Source: Candidatus Poribacteria bacterium (GTDB taxonomy: Bacteria > Poribacteria > WGA-4E > WGA-3G). From it: a DNA stretch of 64,000 nt. The notes beneath the pieces are model-generated. The model was not told the origin of the DNA. It ran no database searches and saw only the letters and a program-made list of their open reading frames with translations. The translations under genes were made by a program, and so were the position numbers. The stretch covers positions 384,001 to 448,000 of the forward strand of contig CAXXUA010000005.1 in assembly GCA_963663765.2 (NCBI GenBank), written 5' to 3'. This document shows, piece by piece, positions 30,099 to 40,216 of this stretch (its first letter is position 1; each line of letters begins with the position of its first letter).

Positions 30099-31808
30099 AT
30101 GGACGAAATCAAGAACGAAGTAAATGGCATATTAAAGGGTGCGATCCGCACAGCAATTGAAACAGGGGAACTTCCATTAGCGGAAGTTCCCATTATACCG
30201 TTTTCACCGACAAAGACACCTGAACACGGGGATATAGCAACACCAATCGCTTTGGGATTAGCAAAAAATGTTAATATGCAACCACGTGTGATCGCAGAAA
30301 TTATCAAAAAACATGTCAATCCAGATGAACACCCGAGCATCCGCAATCTTGAAATCGCGGGTCCGGGTTTTATTAATGTCTACCTTTCTAATTCATGGTT
30401 ATTGGACACACTTCGGACTATTATAGAGTCAGGGGATACTTACGGAAGAAGTGATATTGGCGGCAGGAAACGAGTAATGATAGAATTCGTAAGTGCAAAT
30501 CCTACAGGTCCGCTAAACATTGTAAGTGGTCGTGCTGCAGCAGTCGGTGACGCATTGGTTAACTTGTTAGACGCTGCAGGTTATGACGGTGTCAGAGAGT
30601 ATTACGTCAATGATGCAGGCGGACAAGTAGAACGGCTTGGTGAATCCATTGATGTTCGCTATCGGCAACTATTAGGAGAAGCCGATTTAGAAATACCCGA
30701 AGGGGGTTATCAAGGAGACTATTTACGAGATTTTGCAGAAACTATAGTTTCTGAAGCGAGAGATTCATTTCTAAATCTTAGTCAAGAAGAACGCATTTCA
30801 GAATTTCGGGATAAAGGAATAACCCATTTACTTCAACAGCAAAAAACTTCTCTTGAAAGATTCGGTGTCCACTTTGATGTATGGACAAGTGAGAAAGTTA
30901 TCCGAGACAGTGGAAAACCTGATCAAATAATAGAAAAATTCCGCGAAAAAAAATACCTTTATGAAGCTGAGGACGCGACATGGTTTCGCATGACAGATTT
31001 TGGTGACGACAAGGACTGTGTTGTTATCCGTACAAATGGCGAATATACCTATTTCGTTCCAGATGCTGCATATCATTATGATAAATATGAACGAGGATTT
31101 GATAAAGTAATCAACCTATTTGGACCGGATCATCAAGGACATGTGTTCCGATTAAAAAACTTTGTCAAAGCACTCGGTTTAGGAGATGACTGGTTGGATA
31201 TTGATATTATTCAACAGGTTAATCTGATGGATTCTGATGGTACTCGGTTGGATATGTCAAAACGAAAAGGAAAGTTTTATACACTTGATGCACTTATAGA
31301 TGAACTTGCAGAAAATGTCGGTGAACAGTTTGCTGTGGATGTTGCTCGATACTTTTTCCTCATGCGTGCTAATAATACTCATCTTGACTTCAACATTGAA
31401 TTGGCGATAACACAAGCAAACGAAAATCCTGTTTTTTATATTCAATATGCACATGCCCGGTGCTGCAGTATTTTTCATCAGGCAGCTGAACAACAAATAC
31501 ACTTAAAACCGATAGATGATATTTCGTTGGAACAATTGACTGAAACATCTGAGCATGAACTTATACGAAAGTTAGCGGAATTCCCATCAATTGTCATTTC
31601 CAGTGCTGAGGAACGTGAAGCACATCGAATTCCGCACTATCTACACGAGTTAGCGGGTCTGTTTCATCCATACTATAACCAGCATAGGGTCTTAGACACA
31701 GAAAATATAGAAAGAACTTATGCAAGACTCGTTCTGGTCCAGAGTGTACAAATTGTGTTAGCAAATGGTCTGAAGTTGTTAGGTATTTCTGCACCCGATT
31801 CAATGTAA
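30099..31808 (+). CDS. argS: Arginine--tRNA ligase
   Basis: 'HGDIAT', 'AGPGFIN', 'EFVSANPTGPL', 'MSKRKG', 'NPVFYIQYAHAR', C-terminal 'LLGISAPDSM'. Confidence 0.97.
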   Translation: MDEIKNEVNGILKGAIRTAIETGELPLAEVPIIPFSPTKTPEHGDIATPIALGLAKNVNMQPRVIAEIIKKHVNPDEHPSIRNLEIAGPGFINVYLSNSWLLDTLRTIIESGDTYGRSDIGGRKRVMIEFVSANPTGPLNIVSGRAAAVGDALVNLLDAAGYDGVREYYVNDAGGQVERLGESIDVRYRQLLGEADLEIPEGGYQGDYLRDFAETIVSEARDSFLNLSQEERISEFRDKGITHLLQQQKTSLERFGVHFDVWTSEKVIRDSGKPDQIIEKFREKKYLYEAEDATWFRMTDFGDDKDCVVIRTNGEYTYFVPDAAYHYDKYERGFDKVINLFGPDHQGHVFRLKNFVKALGLGDDWLDIDIIQQVNLMDSDGTRLDMSKRKGKFYTLDALIDELAENVGEQFAVDVARYFFLMRANNTHLDFNIELAITQANENPVFYIQYAHARCCSIFHQAAEQQIHLKPIDDISLEQLTETSEHELIRKLAEFPSIVISSAEEREAHRIPHYLHELAGLFHPYYNQHRVLDTENIERTYARLVLVQSVQIVLANGLKLLGISAPDSM

Positions 31809-31829
31809 CACCATTTTGGAGTTCCAGTA

Positions 31830-33173
31830 ATGGATATTAATTATAGAGAAATTGATAAATCCCATGTATGGCATCCTCTGTTTCAGCACCAACAGTTTGA
31901 TGAAACAGATCTATTAGTGATTAAATCTGCAAATGGCACTACTCTTGTTGATGCAGATGGACGCAAATACTTAGATGCATACTCCGCACTCTGGAATGTC
32001 AATGTCGGTTATGGTAGGCAGGAAATCGCTGATGCTGTATATGCACAGATACAGGAATTATGCTACTATCCACATTCACAAATCAATGTTCCTGCAACCG
32101 AATTAGCCGAGAAGTTAGCTGCATGTCTACCCGGTGATTTAAACCATGTCTATTTCTGTAACAGCGGGTCTGAAGCAAATGAAACTGCAATAAAAATTGC
32201 CAGACAGTATGGAAAACTAACATATCCAGGAGAAAATCGTTACAAAATCATTAGTCGTTATCGTGGGTATCACGGATTTACCTACGGTGCAATGTCTGCC
32301 ACTGGACAAGCAAGGAGACGGGCTGCATTTGAACCGTTGGTACCGGGATTTTACCATGCTCAACCGCCATACTGCTATCGATGTCCACTCGGTTTAGATG
32401 TTGCTTCCTGCAATGATGCATGTGTCAATGATATAGAACGAATCATACAATCAGAAGGTCCTGAAACAGTGATTGCTGTTATTGCAGAACCTATTATCGG
32501 TGGAGGTGGAGTGATTGTTCCAACAGACGAATACTTCCCAAAATTGCGTAAAATCTGTGATGACTATGGATTGTTACTTATTCTTGATGAAGTAATCACA
32601 GGATTCGGACGAACAGGAAAAATGTTTGCATGTGAACATTGGGGTGTACAGCCAGATATTATCACCCTTGCTAAGGGATTAACCAGCGGATATATACCAC
32701 TGGGTGCATGTGTAACTTCAACTTCGGTATTTAATACATTCCTGGGTAATCCGGGAGAAAATCGGGAGTTTTCACAAGTTTGCACTTATGGTGGACATCC
32801 AGTTGCATGCGCCGCAGGTATAGCAAATCTGAACATTCTGCAAGAAGAACGTCTTTGGGAAAACGCTGAAAAGGTTGGAAAGTATCTAATTGACAAACTC
32901 AAGACATTACTTGACTTACCCATCGTAGGTGACGTGCGTGGGAAAGGTTTAATGCTTGCAGTGGAACTAATACAATCAGATGGTTCGCAACTTGAAACTG
33001 CAGAAACAAATAGAATTCTTGCAGAATTAAAACAAAAAGGTGTAATTGTCGGAAAAATCGGACACGCATTGTTTGAACCTGAAAACATTATTTTTATTGC
33101 ACCACCTTTGATTCTTACAGAAACTGAGGCAGACAAAATTTATTATACCTTACGGGAGGTACTTATCCAATAG
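31830..33173 (+). CDS. Class III PLP-dependent aminotransferase
   Basis: 'WHP', 'YLDA..WNVNVGYG', 'NSGSEANE', 'LILDEVITGFGRTG', 'PDIITLAKGLTSG', 'TYGGHP'. Confidence 0.93.
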   Translation: MDINYREIDKSHVWHPLFQHQQFDETDLLVIKSANGTTLVDADGRKYLDAYSALWNVNVGYGRQEIADAVYAQIQELCYYPHSQINVPATELAEKLAACLPGDLNHVYFCNSGSEANETAIKIARQYGKLTYPGENRYKIISRYRGYHGFTYGAMSATGQARRRAAFEPLVPGFYHAQPPYCYRCPLGLDVASCNDACVNDIERIIQSEGPETVIAVIAEPIIGGGGVIVPTDEYFPKLRKICDDYGLLLILDEVITGFGRTGKMFACEHWGVQPDIITLAKGLTSGYIPLGACVTSTSVFNTFLGNPGENREFSQVCTYGGHPVACAAGIANLNILQEERLWENAEKVGKYLIDKLKTLLDLPIVGDVRGKGLMLAVELIQSDGSQLETAETNRILAELKQKGVIVGKIGHALFEPENIIFIAPPLILTETEADKIYYTLREVLIQ

Positions 33174-34013
33174 AAGTCTTAATTGGTGACGTTTAGCAAT
33201 CGGTATTTTGTCCGGTTGCGTCGCGATTGCATATTGAAGAGAACTTGCACAAGCACAATTGCGTTGACCGTCGGGTATTTTGGATACTATATTTTTCACT
33301 ATTTGTTTGGAAATCTCAACGTTGGAACGAAGATTGTTTAGTATCATCTCTGTAGTAACATTATCATGGTCAGGATGCCAACAATCATAGTCGGTAGAAC
33401 ACGCAAGCACTGCATAACAAATCTCTGCTTCGCGTGCAAGTTTTGCCTCAGGGGCTGCTGTCATACCAATAATGTCAAAACCGAGTTGTCTATAGACATT
33501 GGATTCTGCTTGTGTAGAAAATGCTGGTCCTTCCATGCAGATGTAAGTACCGCCATTGTGGACAGTTGCTCCAACATCTGTAGCTGCATCATATAAGAAC
33601 GTGCTGAGATGTGGACAAAACGGGTGGGCAAGACTAATATGTGCCGCAATGCCTTCACCAAAAAATGTAGACATTCTGTTCTTAGTGTGATCATAGAGTT
33701 GATCTGGTACAACGAAATGTCGCGGTTCAATGTCCTGTTTTAAACTACCAACAGCACTAACAGATATTAACCATTCTACACCAAGGGATTTCATTGCATA
33801 TATATTAGCACGTACATTTATATCTGAAGGAAGCAAAGGATGTCCAACAGCATGTCTTGGTAGAAAAACTACCAAATTACCATCAAGTTTTCCCTTGATA
33901 AACTTATCACTCGGTTTACCAAAAGGTGTTTCAATTTCAACTGAATCTATTTCAGTTAAACCTTCTATTTGATAAAATCCACTACCACCTAATATGCCAA
34001 TTTTGACATGCAT
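33150..34013 (-). CDS. mtnP: S-methyl-5'-thioadenosine phosphorylase
   Basis: 'IGILGGSG', 'ETPFGKPSD', 'FLPRH', 'CMEGPAFST', 'IGMT..PEAKLAREAE', 'TDYDCWH'; exact start uncertain (34013-34031). Confidence 0.93.
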   Translation of the reverse strand: MHVKIGILGGSGFYQIEGLTEIDSVEIETPFGKPSDKFIKGKLDGNLVVFLPRHAVGHPLLPSDINVRANIYAMKSLGVEWLISVSAVGSLKQDIEPRHFVVPDQLYDHTKNRMSTFFGEGIAAHISLAHPFCPHLSTFLYDAATDVGATVHNGGTYICMEGPAFSTQAESNVYRQLGFDIIGMTAAPEAKLAREAEICYAVLACSTDYDCWHPDHDNVTTEMILNNLRSNVEISKQIVKNIVSKIPDGQRNCACASSLQYAIATQPDKIPIAKRHQLRLLLDKYLP

Positions 34014-34065
34014 ATATATCATATACTCCAAAGGAAAGCAATCTGAATTGCAATAATAAATTTTT

Positions 34066-34887
34066 ATGCCAATATTACGATGTGGAAATTGGGTAGTTGA
34101 GGGAAAGTCCAGTTCTGCTGTTGCAACTTATATCAGGATAAAGGAATTAGACCTAATTTTCGATTTAGGTAGGTGTCCAATGCGTTTTATCGGCACTAAC
34201 CATGTCTTTATATCACATTTCCACCTTGATCACTATTTTGGGATACCCATCTATATCAGTCAACGATGGCTCGCAGGAATACCTCCGGGAAAAATCTATG
34301 TTCCATCTCAAGGATTCAAGCAATTACGGAACATACTCAACAAAATCTCTAATTTAGACGGAGGAAATAACTGGGGTTATCAACTATCACCAGTAGAAAC
34401 AGGCGATTCAATTCCGTTCAGACGGAATTTGGTTGCGCAAGTTCTCCCAGGAAACCACACTGTTCCAGCAGTTTCCTATCTAATCTGTGAAAAACGCAAA
34501 AAACTGAAATCCGAATACCACAATTTACCTGAAACTGAAATTATACAACTAAAACGTTCAGGTGTTGAAATAACTTATGAAGTACAATTACCCTTAGTCG
34601 CATATTTAGGTGATACTCAGGGTATAGCAATTGACTCACATCCATTACTTAAACAGTGCAAACTGTTAATATGTGAATGTACCTTTATTGCTCCTGAACA
34701 TCTTGACCGTGCAAAAAAAACACAACACTTACACCTTGACATGTTACCAAGTCTATTTAAACAATTTGAAAGTGAACATATTATACTAAATCACTTTTCA
34801 CGCCGCTACACATCTGAGTATATCCAGCACGAAGTCTATAAAAGGCTACCAAAATCTGAACACTCCCGTGTGCAGTTATTTCAATAA
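34066..34887 (+). CDS. Metallo-beta-lactamase-fold ribonuclease Z (short, TM-type)
   Basis: 'FISHFHLDH', 'KLKSEY' arm, 'YLGDT', 'CECTF', 'HLH', 'NHFSRRY'. Confidence 0.8.
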   Translation: MPILRCGNWVVEGKSSSAVATYIRIKELDLIFDLGRCPMRFIGTNHVFISHFHLDHYFGIPIYISQRWLAGIPPGKIYVPSQGFKQLRNILNKISNLDGGNNWGYQLSPVETGDSIPFRRNLVAQVLPGNHTVPAVSYLICEKRKKLKSEYHNLPETEIIQLKRSGVEITYEVQLPLVAYLGDTQGIAIDSHPLLKQCKLLICECTFIAPEHLDRAKKTQHLHLDMLPSLFKQFESEHIILNHFSRRYTSEYIQHEVYKRLPKSEHSRVQLFQ

Positions 34888-34899
34888 CAATTGAACAAT

Positions 34900-34961
34900 A
34901 ATCACATTGGTGTCAATCGCAAAACATACACTGTTTTTCTTTGGTTGACACCAATGTGATT
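34900..34961. terminator. 17-bp perfect inverted repeat between convergent genes (bidirectional terminator or repeat)
   Basis: AATCACATTGGTGTCAA ... TTGACACCAATGTGATT. Confidence 0.5.
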
Positions 34962-35022
34962 CGTTGAATGCTAACCAACCTACTGACGACCATATAAGGG
35001 AAGGACATAATTCAAAAAGTTT

Positions 35023-36456
35023 CTATTGTGCAGCACCAGGATATGAGTTTGGATCTTGATCAGATGTACCATTTTCAAGTTCCACATAAAACATATAACC
35101 GTCTTGATCCAGATCAAGTTCATATTGACGTATAATCTGCTCAGCTTCTCGTAAATATGATCTGTCACCTTTTGTTAGACTGATATAGTCCTTGAATCCT
35201 TCATACGCTGCGCCAAACTCACGTATTGCTTTATAGCAAATCGCCTGTTGATATACAGCTTCGTTCCGCCATGAGGACTCAGCAGCATCGTCAAAAAGAC
35301 CTTGATATGCTTTTATTGCTCGTTCGTATTGACCACTTTGCTGGTAAAGGGAACCAATCTGGTAAAGTGCATTGGCTACAGCGAACTTTTTATGGGAAAT
35401 ATCACGGGCTAACACTTTATAGGTTTCAATAGCGTTGGGAAAATTCCTTAGAGATTCCCAGTTCCGTGCAATTTGCTCAAAGTTCTGTACGATTAACTCA
35501 GTCTTACCTTGAATCCATCTATCAGATGGTAATACATATCTGTCAAGTTTTTCAAATTCGAGCGCTTTTTTACTTTTATTACGCTGAATCTCATCCTGAA
35601 GTTGTTTGATTTCTATCAAGGTTTCTTGTGTTTTATTTAACAAATCCTTAACTTTGTCAGCTTGAAAAGTATCTGGAAAATCTTGCGCAACCTTAACAAA
35701 AGCTCCCCATCCACCTGAATTGGTGTAGTCATAAAGCTTGTAGAAATAGATGTTGCCGACCTGAAATTGTGCCTCAACTGCTTTTGGATGATCGGAAAAC
35801 TCTTTCGCCATTTTCTCAAATGTGGCAATTGACTCTGTATAATTCTCCAATGTCTCAAAGGCTTGTGCTACCGTATACAAGGATTCTGCCGCAGTATTGT
35901 AACTTTCATCAGTCCCATCGGTTTCATATATTGCTTTATAGTTTTGATAGTTAGCACGTTCTTGCTGGATGAGTTCACGGTTATTATGAATTTTTGCAAT
36001 ACCACTCTTGGCTTCATTTGCATAGAACCCGGTCGGATCAAGTTCTATAATTGCTTGATAATGTTCATTTGCCTTGTCCCATTCATAAAACCTTTTATAT
36101 ATCGTTGCTATCTGATAATGAGAACGTTGTGCATACTTACCATTCACATCGCGGTTGATAATTTCCAGATATTGCATTATGGCTGTATCGTATAATTGCC
36201 GCTGCTTAGACTTAGCTTTTTCTTTTTCTTCTGGGTCATCTGATTGCGTAGATACAACTTCTGCTTTGTCAAAGGTATCATCTGCATTTTGTATTTTGGC
36301 ACTCAATGGAACAATATTAACACCCCCGATACATCCAACAGTAGTTAACATAAAAAAACCAAGTATGAGTACAATGAGATAACTTCGGTCTATTCTTAAA
36401 ACCAAACCAGTCGTTAAACGAATCATCGTTCTTATCCTCCTCAGGAATGTAATCAT
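35023..36456 (-). CDS. TPR lipoprotein (BamD/CpoB-like repeats)
   Basis: Lipobox 'LTTVGC', TPR units ('AQFQVGNIYF', 'ALYQIGSLY', 'AVYQQAICY'), C-terminal 'DLDQDGY..E..GTSDQDPNSYP' Ca-binding-like tail; true start may be slightly downstream. Confidence 0.78.
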   Translation of the reverse strand: MITFLRRIRTMIRLTTGLVLRIDRSYLIVLILGFFMLTTVGCIGGVNIVPLSAKIQNADDTFDKAEVVSTQSDDPEEKEKAKSKQRQLYDTAIMQYLEIINRDVNGKYAQRSHYQIATIYKRFYEWDKANEHYQAIIELDPTGFYANEAKSGIAKIHNNRELIQQERANYQNYKAIYETDGTDESYNTAAESLYTVAQAFETLENYTESIATFEKMAKEFSDHPKAVEAQFQVGNIYFYKLYDYTNSGGWGAFVKVAQDFPDTFQADKVKDLLNKTQETLIEIKQLQDEIQRNKSKKALEFEKLDRYVLPSDRWIQGKTELIVQNFEQIARNWESLRNFPNAIETYKVLARDISHKKFAVANALYQIGSLYQQSGQYERAIKAYQGLFDDAAESSWRNEAVYQQAICYKAIREFGAAYEGFKDYISLTKGDRSYLREAEQIIRQYELDLDQDGYMFYVELENGTSDQDPNSYPGAAQ

Positions 36457-36504
36457 TTTCTGTCAGTCAGTTGAAAAGTTGATTAGAATTAGGTCATGTT
36501 TAAA

Positions 36505-36532
36505 AGTATAACAAAAACAAAAAATATGTCAA
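36505..36532 (-). promoter_or_regulatory. sigma70-type promoter
   Basis: TTGACA-16 nt-TATACT. Confidence 0.6.
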
Positions 36533-36974
36533 GAAAATAATGTAAATTGCATGATATATGTAAACAACTTAACATTACGATCTACAGTACAATAAAGAAT
36601 CTCCTCTTCATTTGTAAAAAGGAACTATTAATACCAACATCAAAAATGTTTACCAGTGGAGTGTCTATTCTATAAATGGTAGGTTTATTCTTCAATAGAA
36701 CTTACGTAACAAACCCATTTTCATCTGCAGGTCCCTAAATACTTCAAGCATTCATACCGTTGATTTCTGTATTTGTGAATCCTTGTTCAGACAAAGAAGA
36801 GGATTGTTTATTTGGATTTTAAAATCTTATCCTGGTTATATAATAATCCTGTCCATCCTGGTTCAGACAAATGTCAAGAACTTTACACACCCAGTTCATA
36901 TTGGTTTTTCTATTGATATGGATGAAAATTTCTGTTATTATATTGAACAAAGTTTTTATTAAAGGTATATTGCA

Positions 36975-37676
36975 ATGAATGCTGATCCGACAACAATTGA
37001 TGCAATACTAACGCATATACAGGGAAACCTACTTACGAAGGTTGTTAATCTATCAGAACTACAAACAACAGATGGATTGCACCAATTTCGGAGTCATTTG
37101 CATAGTATCCACAATTTCTGTATTCGTGCTCAATTGTCAAAAGACATCAGTAATCAGGTAGAAATTCTGCTTTCAACAAGTGCAAGTTTCTGGCAACTCA
37201 TCGCTGACAATGAGTTACTTTTGGAGAACTTAAAGGATTTTACACGTGTTCGCACTTTCTCAGCAGAAGCAGAAGGTATTACAAATTTGGAAGAACTACT
37301 CAGTGGTGAGGACACGCTTCGAGATGTGATTATCAATAGTATTGCATTTATGCTGAATTGGAAAGCAAATACGTTATGGGTTAATTCAGCTAAAAAAGCA
37401 CGTTCTGCGTTGACAAAAAACTATATGTTGGAGATTCAGGATAGGATTTGGCAGTTCATAAAAGAAACACAGAATCAGTCTGAAGCGATAGATGTGGAAC
37501 AATCTGAAAAGATACGTGAACGCACAGAAAAGTTTATAAAGGTCATTCAAGCGAGCGACCTTACGACTGAAGCACAAATTGCTTTGTTGATACAAATTTA
37601 CACGATGTTACTGCGTTTTCAACTTGGACAATTGATTATACTGTTAGAAAACTTACAGGAAGACGCATCAGAATAA
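36975..37676 (+). CDS. Hypothetical alpha-helical protein
   Basis: 233-aa ORF with AAGG RBS, first gene of an apparent operon with mazG; no recognisable motif. Confidence 0.7.
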   Translation: MNADPTTIDAILTHIQGNLLTKVVNLSELQTTDGLHQFRSHLHSIHNFCIRAQLSKDISNQVEILLSTSASFWQLIADNELLLENLKDFTRVRTFSAEAEGITNLEELLSGEDTLRDVIINSIAFMLNWKANTLWVNSAKKARSALTKNYMLEIQDRIWQFIKETQNQSEAIDVEQSEKIRERTEKFIKVIQASDLTTEAQIALLIQIYTMLLRFQLGQLIILLENLQEDASE

Positions 37677-37688
37677 GGATTGCATTAA

Positions 37689-38471
37689 ATGCAAAAAGAA
37701 CTGTTTGAGTCACTCGTAGAGGTGATTGCGGTATTGAGGGGAGAGAACGGGTGTCCTTGGGATAGAGAACAGACGCATACTTCCTTGAAATCCACTTTAT
37801 TAGAGGAAACCTATGAAACCGTTGAAGCGATTGATTCAGGTGAACCGGACAAACTAAAAGAGGAACTTGGAGACCTTCTGCTAAACATCATGCTTCAAGC
37901 GCAGATTGCATCAGAACAGCAGCATTTTGACATATACGATGTGATAGATACGTTGACAGAGAAACTAATAAGAAGGCACCCACATGTATTTGGAGATGTT
38001 GATGTTAGTAATGCAGACGAAGTAGTGATGAACTGGGAAGCCATAAAGAAGCAAGAAGCTGGTTACGAGGATCGAACATCTGCACTTGATGGTATACCGA
38101 TTGCATTACCATCCTTATTACGTGCGCAAAAAATACAGAAACGTGCTGCCCGAGTTGGATTTGATTGGGAAAATATCTCTGATGTGGTTGACAAAGTTGA
38201 CGAGGAATTAGATGAGATGAAGGAGTGTCTACAAGAAAATGATGATGATGCTGTTGAAATGGAAATCGGAGACCTGCTTTTTGCTATAGTCAATTTGTGT
38301 CGCTTTGTTGATCTCCAGGCTGAAGAAACATTAAGGAAATCCAATCGTAAGTTTATCTCACGTTTTAAACGAATGGAGGTTGAATTGACAAAAAAGGGAA
38401 AAAGCATAGAAGATCAATCTCTTGAAGAACTTGATGAAATATGGGAAGCGGTAAAAAAAGATGAACTATGA
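37689..38471 (+). CDS. mazG: Nucleoside triphosphate pyrophosphohydrolase MazG
   Basis: 'GCPWDREQT', 'EETYE', 'EELGDLL', 'KLIRRHPHVF', 'VGFDW', 'EIGDLLFA'. Confidence 0.96.
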   Translation: MQKELFESLVEVIAVLRGENGCPWDREQTHTSLKSTLLEETYETVEAIDSGEPDKLKEELGDLLLNIMLQAQIASEQQHFDIYDVIDTLTEKLIRRHPHVFGDVDVSNADEVVMNWEAIKKQEAGYEDRTSALDGIPIALPSLLRAQKIQKRAARVGFDWENISDVVDKVDEELDEMKECLQENDDDAVEMEIGDLLFAIVNLCRFVDLQAEETLRKSNRKFISRFKRMEVELTKKGKSIEDQSLEELDEIWEAVKKDEL

Positions 38472-39208
38472 AATTAATCAAAAAATATCAGTCCCCTTCA
38501 CATTATGACAAATACAACCAACTTATTGATAAGATAGATACCGAAGCGCCTCCGCAAATAGTTTTAACTTATAGAACCTCCCATCCGATAAATGTCTCTG
38601 GAAAAAAACTTGGTATATTTTCAGGTTCATTTAATCCCATCACTATTTCTCACATAAAAATGATAGAAGAAGCCCGTGAGTGCTTTCAGTTTGATGCGAT
38701 GCTGTTGCTTCTTGCAAAATCAAATGTTGATAAAGAAGTATTTGGATTGCCGCTTGCTGATAGGGCAATCATTCTAAGTCGATATGCAGAGAAACAGGCA
38801 CATGTTTCAGTTGGCATATCAAGTCATGGTAGGTACATTGACAAAGTTACAGCATTAAAGCAAATTTATCCTGCTAATACAGAGTTCTTTTTCATTGTAG
38901 GTCATGACACTTTGGTAAGGATTTTTGATTCGAAATACTACGAAGATATGCAAACTGAATTACAGCATCTATTTTCACAGTGCGAATTTATTGCTGCCAA
39001 TCGTGCCAATGTTGATATTCGAACGATCAAAGATTTTATGTCTCAACCCTCAAACCTTCCTTTTAGTTCCTCCGTCTCATATCTAAGACTCCCTGATTTG
39101 TATGCTGAAGTATCATCTACTGATGTACGTCAACGATTATTAGAAGATAAACCCATTTCACATTTAGTTCCCTCCTTTGTTGTTGAAATGTTGAAATCAG
39201 ATTGTTGA
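38468..39208 (+). CDS. Nicotinamide/nicotinate-mononucleotide adenylyltransferase (Pof1/NMNAT-like)
   Basis: 'GSFNPITISH', 'LAKSNVDK', 'VGHDTLVRIFDSKYY', 'VSSTDVR'. Confidence 0.82.
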   Translation: MKLIKKYQSPSHYDKYNQLIDKIDTEAPPQIVLTYRTSHPINVSGKKLGIFSGSFNPITISHIKMIEEARECFQFDAMLLLLAKSNVDKEVFGLPLADRAIILSRYAEKQAHVSVGISSHGRYIDKVTALKQIYPANTEFFFIVGHDTLVRIFDSKYYEDMQTELQHLFSQCEFIAANRANVDIRTIKDFMSQPSNLPFSSSVSYLRLPDLYAEVSSTDVRQRLLEDKPISHLVPSFVVEMLKSDC

Positions 39209-39243
39209 GTCTATCGTAGTTTTCATTAATTTTGTAAATCATG

Positions 39244-39365
39244 CAGGACTTACGCAAAAAAGGTAGGCGTGCTTTGTAAGCGCGCTGGAAACCCATAAAA
39301 ACGCTGATAATTGCATCATTTTCAACATAATTTTTGATTAAATCAAGAAAACTGCGTAAGTCCTG
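39244..39365. mobile_element. MITE family A copy, 5-bp TSD TCATG
   Basis: CAGGACTTACGCA...TGCGTAAGTCCTG flanked by TCATG. Confidence 0.85.
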
Positions 39366-39857
39366 TCATGTTAGGAATTCTGTATCAGTAGTGTGTTAAT
39401 ATTGACACACTATTGTATGTATTCTTGTTGTATTGTTTCTGACAAAAAACAATTATTTTAAATTAGATACAGTTAGAAATTACACACTAATGGTTGAATG
39501 TAAGAATACAAAGATTAAAATGGATAGAATGTTTAGAATGAGTAGACAATAATTTTATTGGCATCACTTTTGCTATCAAGTTGACATATAAGTGTTAATT
39601 ATATCAAGGAAAAGTATAATTGTTTTGAAACCAGATAAAGTAATTGACGTTTTGTATTGCAACACTTTTACAACATTTTCACTTGCTTTAATTTACAAAT
39701 AAATTATTGACTAATAAAAGTATTGTAAGAGGATGTGTTTGGAAGCTGGTTTCCTTAATATACAAAAAGAAATACGTTACCGCTGGATAAATGCAAGTCA
39801 AAAAGACATCATAAGTTGATGTTCACAACAGTATAAGGTTTGCAGGAGGCAGAATAT

Positions 39858-39989
39858 ATGTTTAACGTAATCGTTCTTGGCGGTTTAGGTTCCTTAATGG
39901 GAGTTGGTGCAGGATACTTAATTCTCAACGCATTTTTTGCGGGAGTGGAGCATATAGCCAAACCAGGATCTTTAAAATCAGAAGAATAA
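39858..39989 (+). CDS. 43-aa small membrane protein (absent from ORF track)
   Basis: AGGAGG RBS 8 nt before ATG; MFNVIVLGGLGSLMGVGAGYLILNAFFAGVEHIAKPGSLKSEE, a single Gly-rich TM helix. Confidence 0.6.
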   Translation: MFNVIVLGGLGSLMGVGAGYLILNAFFAGVEHIAKPGSLKSEE

Positions 39990-40216
39990 AAAAGTTGACA
40001 ACAGACACTTTTTCTATTACCATTTTGCATCAGGACTTTCACAGTTTTCATGATTTAATCAAGGATTCTGATGAAAACGATGAAATATTCAGAGTTATTC
40101 TGAGAGCAAGCGAGCTTACAAAGCACGCCAACCGTAGTGAATGTAAGTCCTATTGTATATAATAGAGAAAAGGGAAGAAGGATATAGCAGTATTTTGTTT
40201 GTGAACTCAAAGTGAA

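Noticed and set aside
39370-39850. AT-rich region as a replication origin
   Set aside because: No clustered TTATCCACA DnaA boxes and no dnaA/dnaN or similar context
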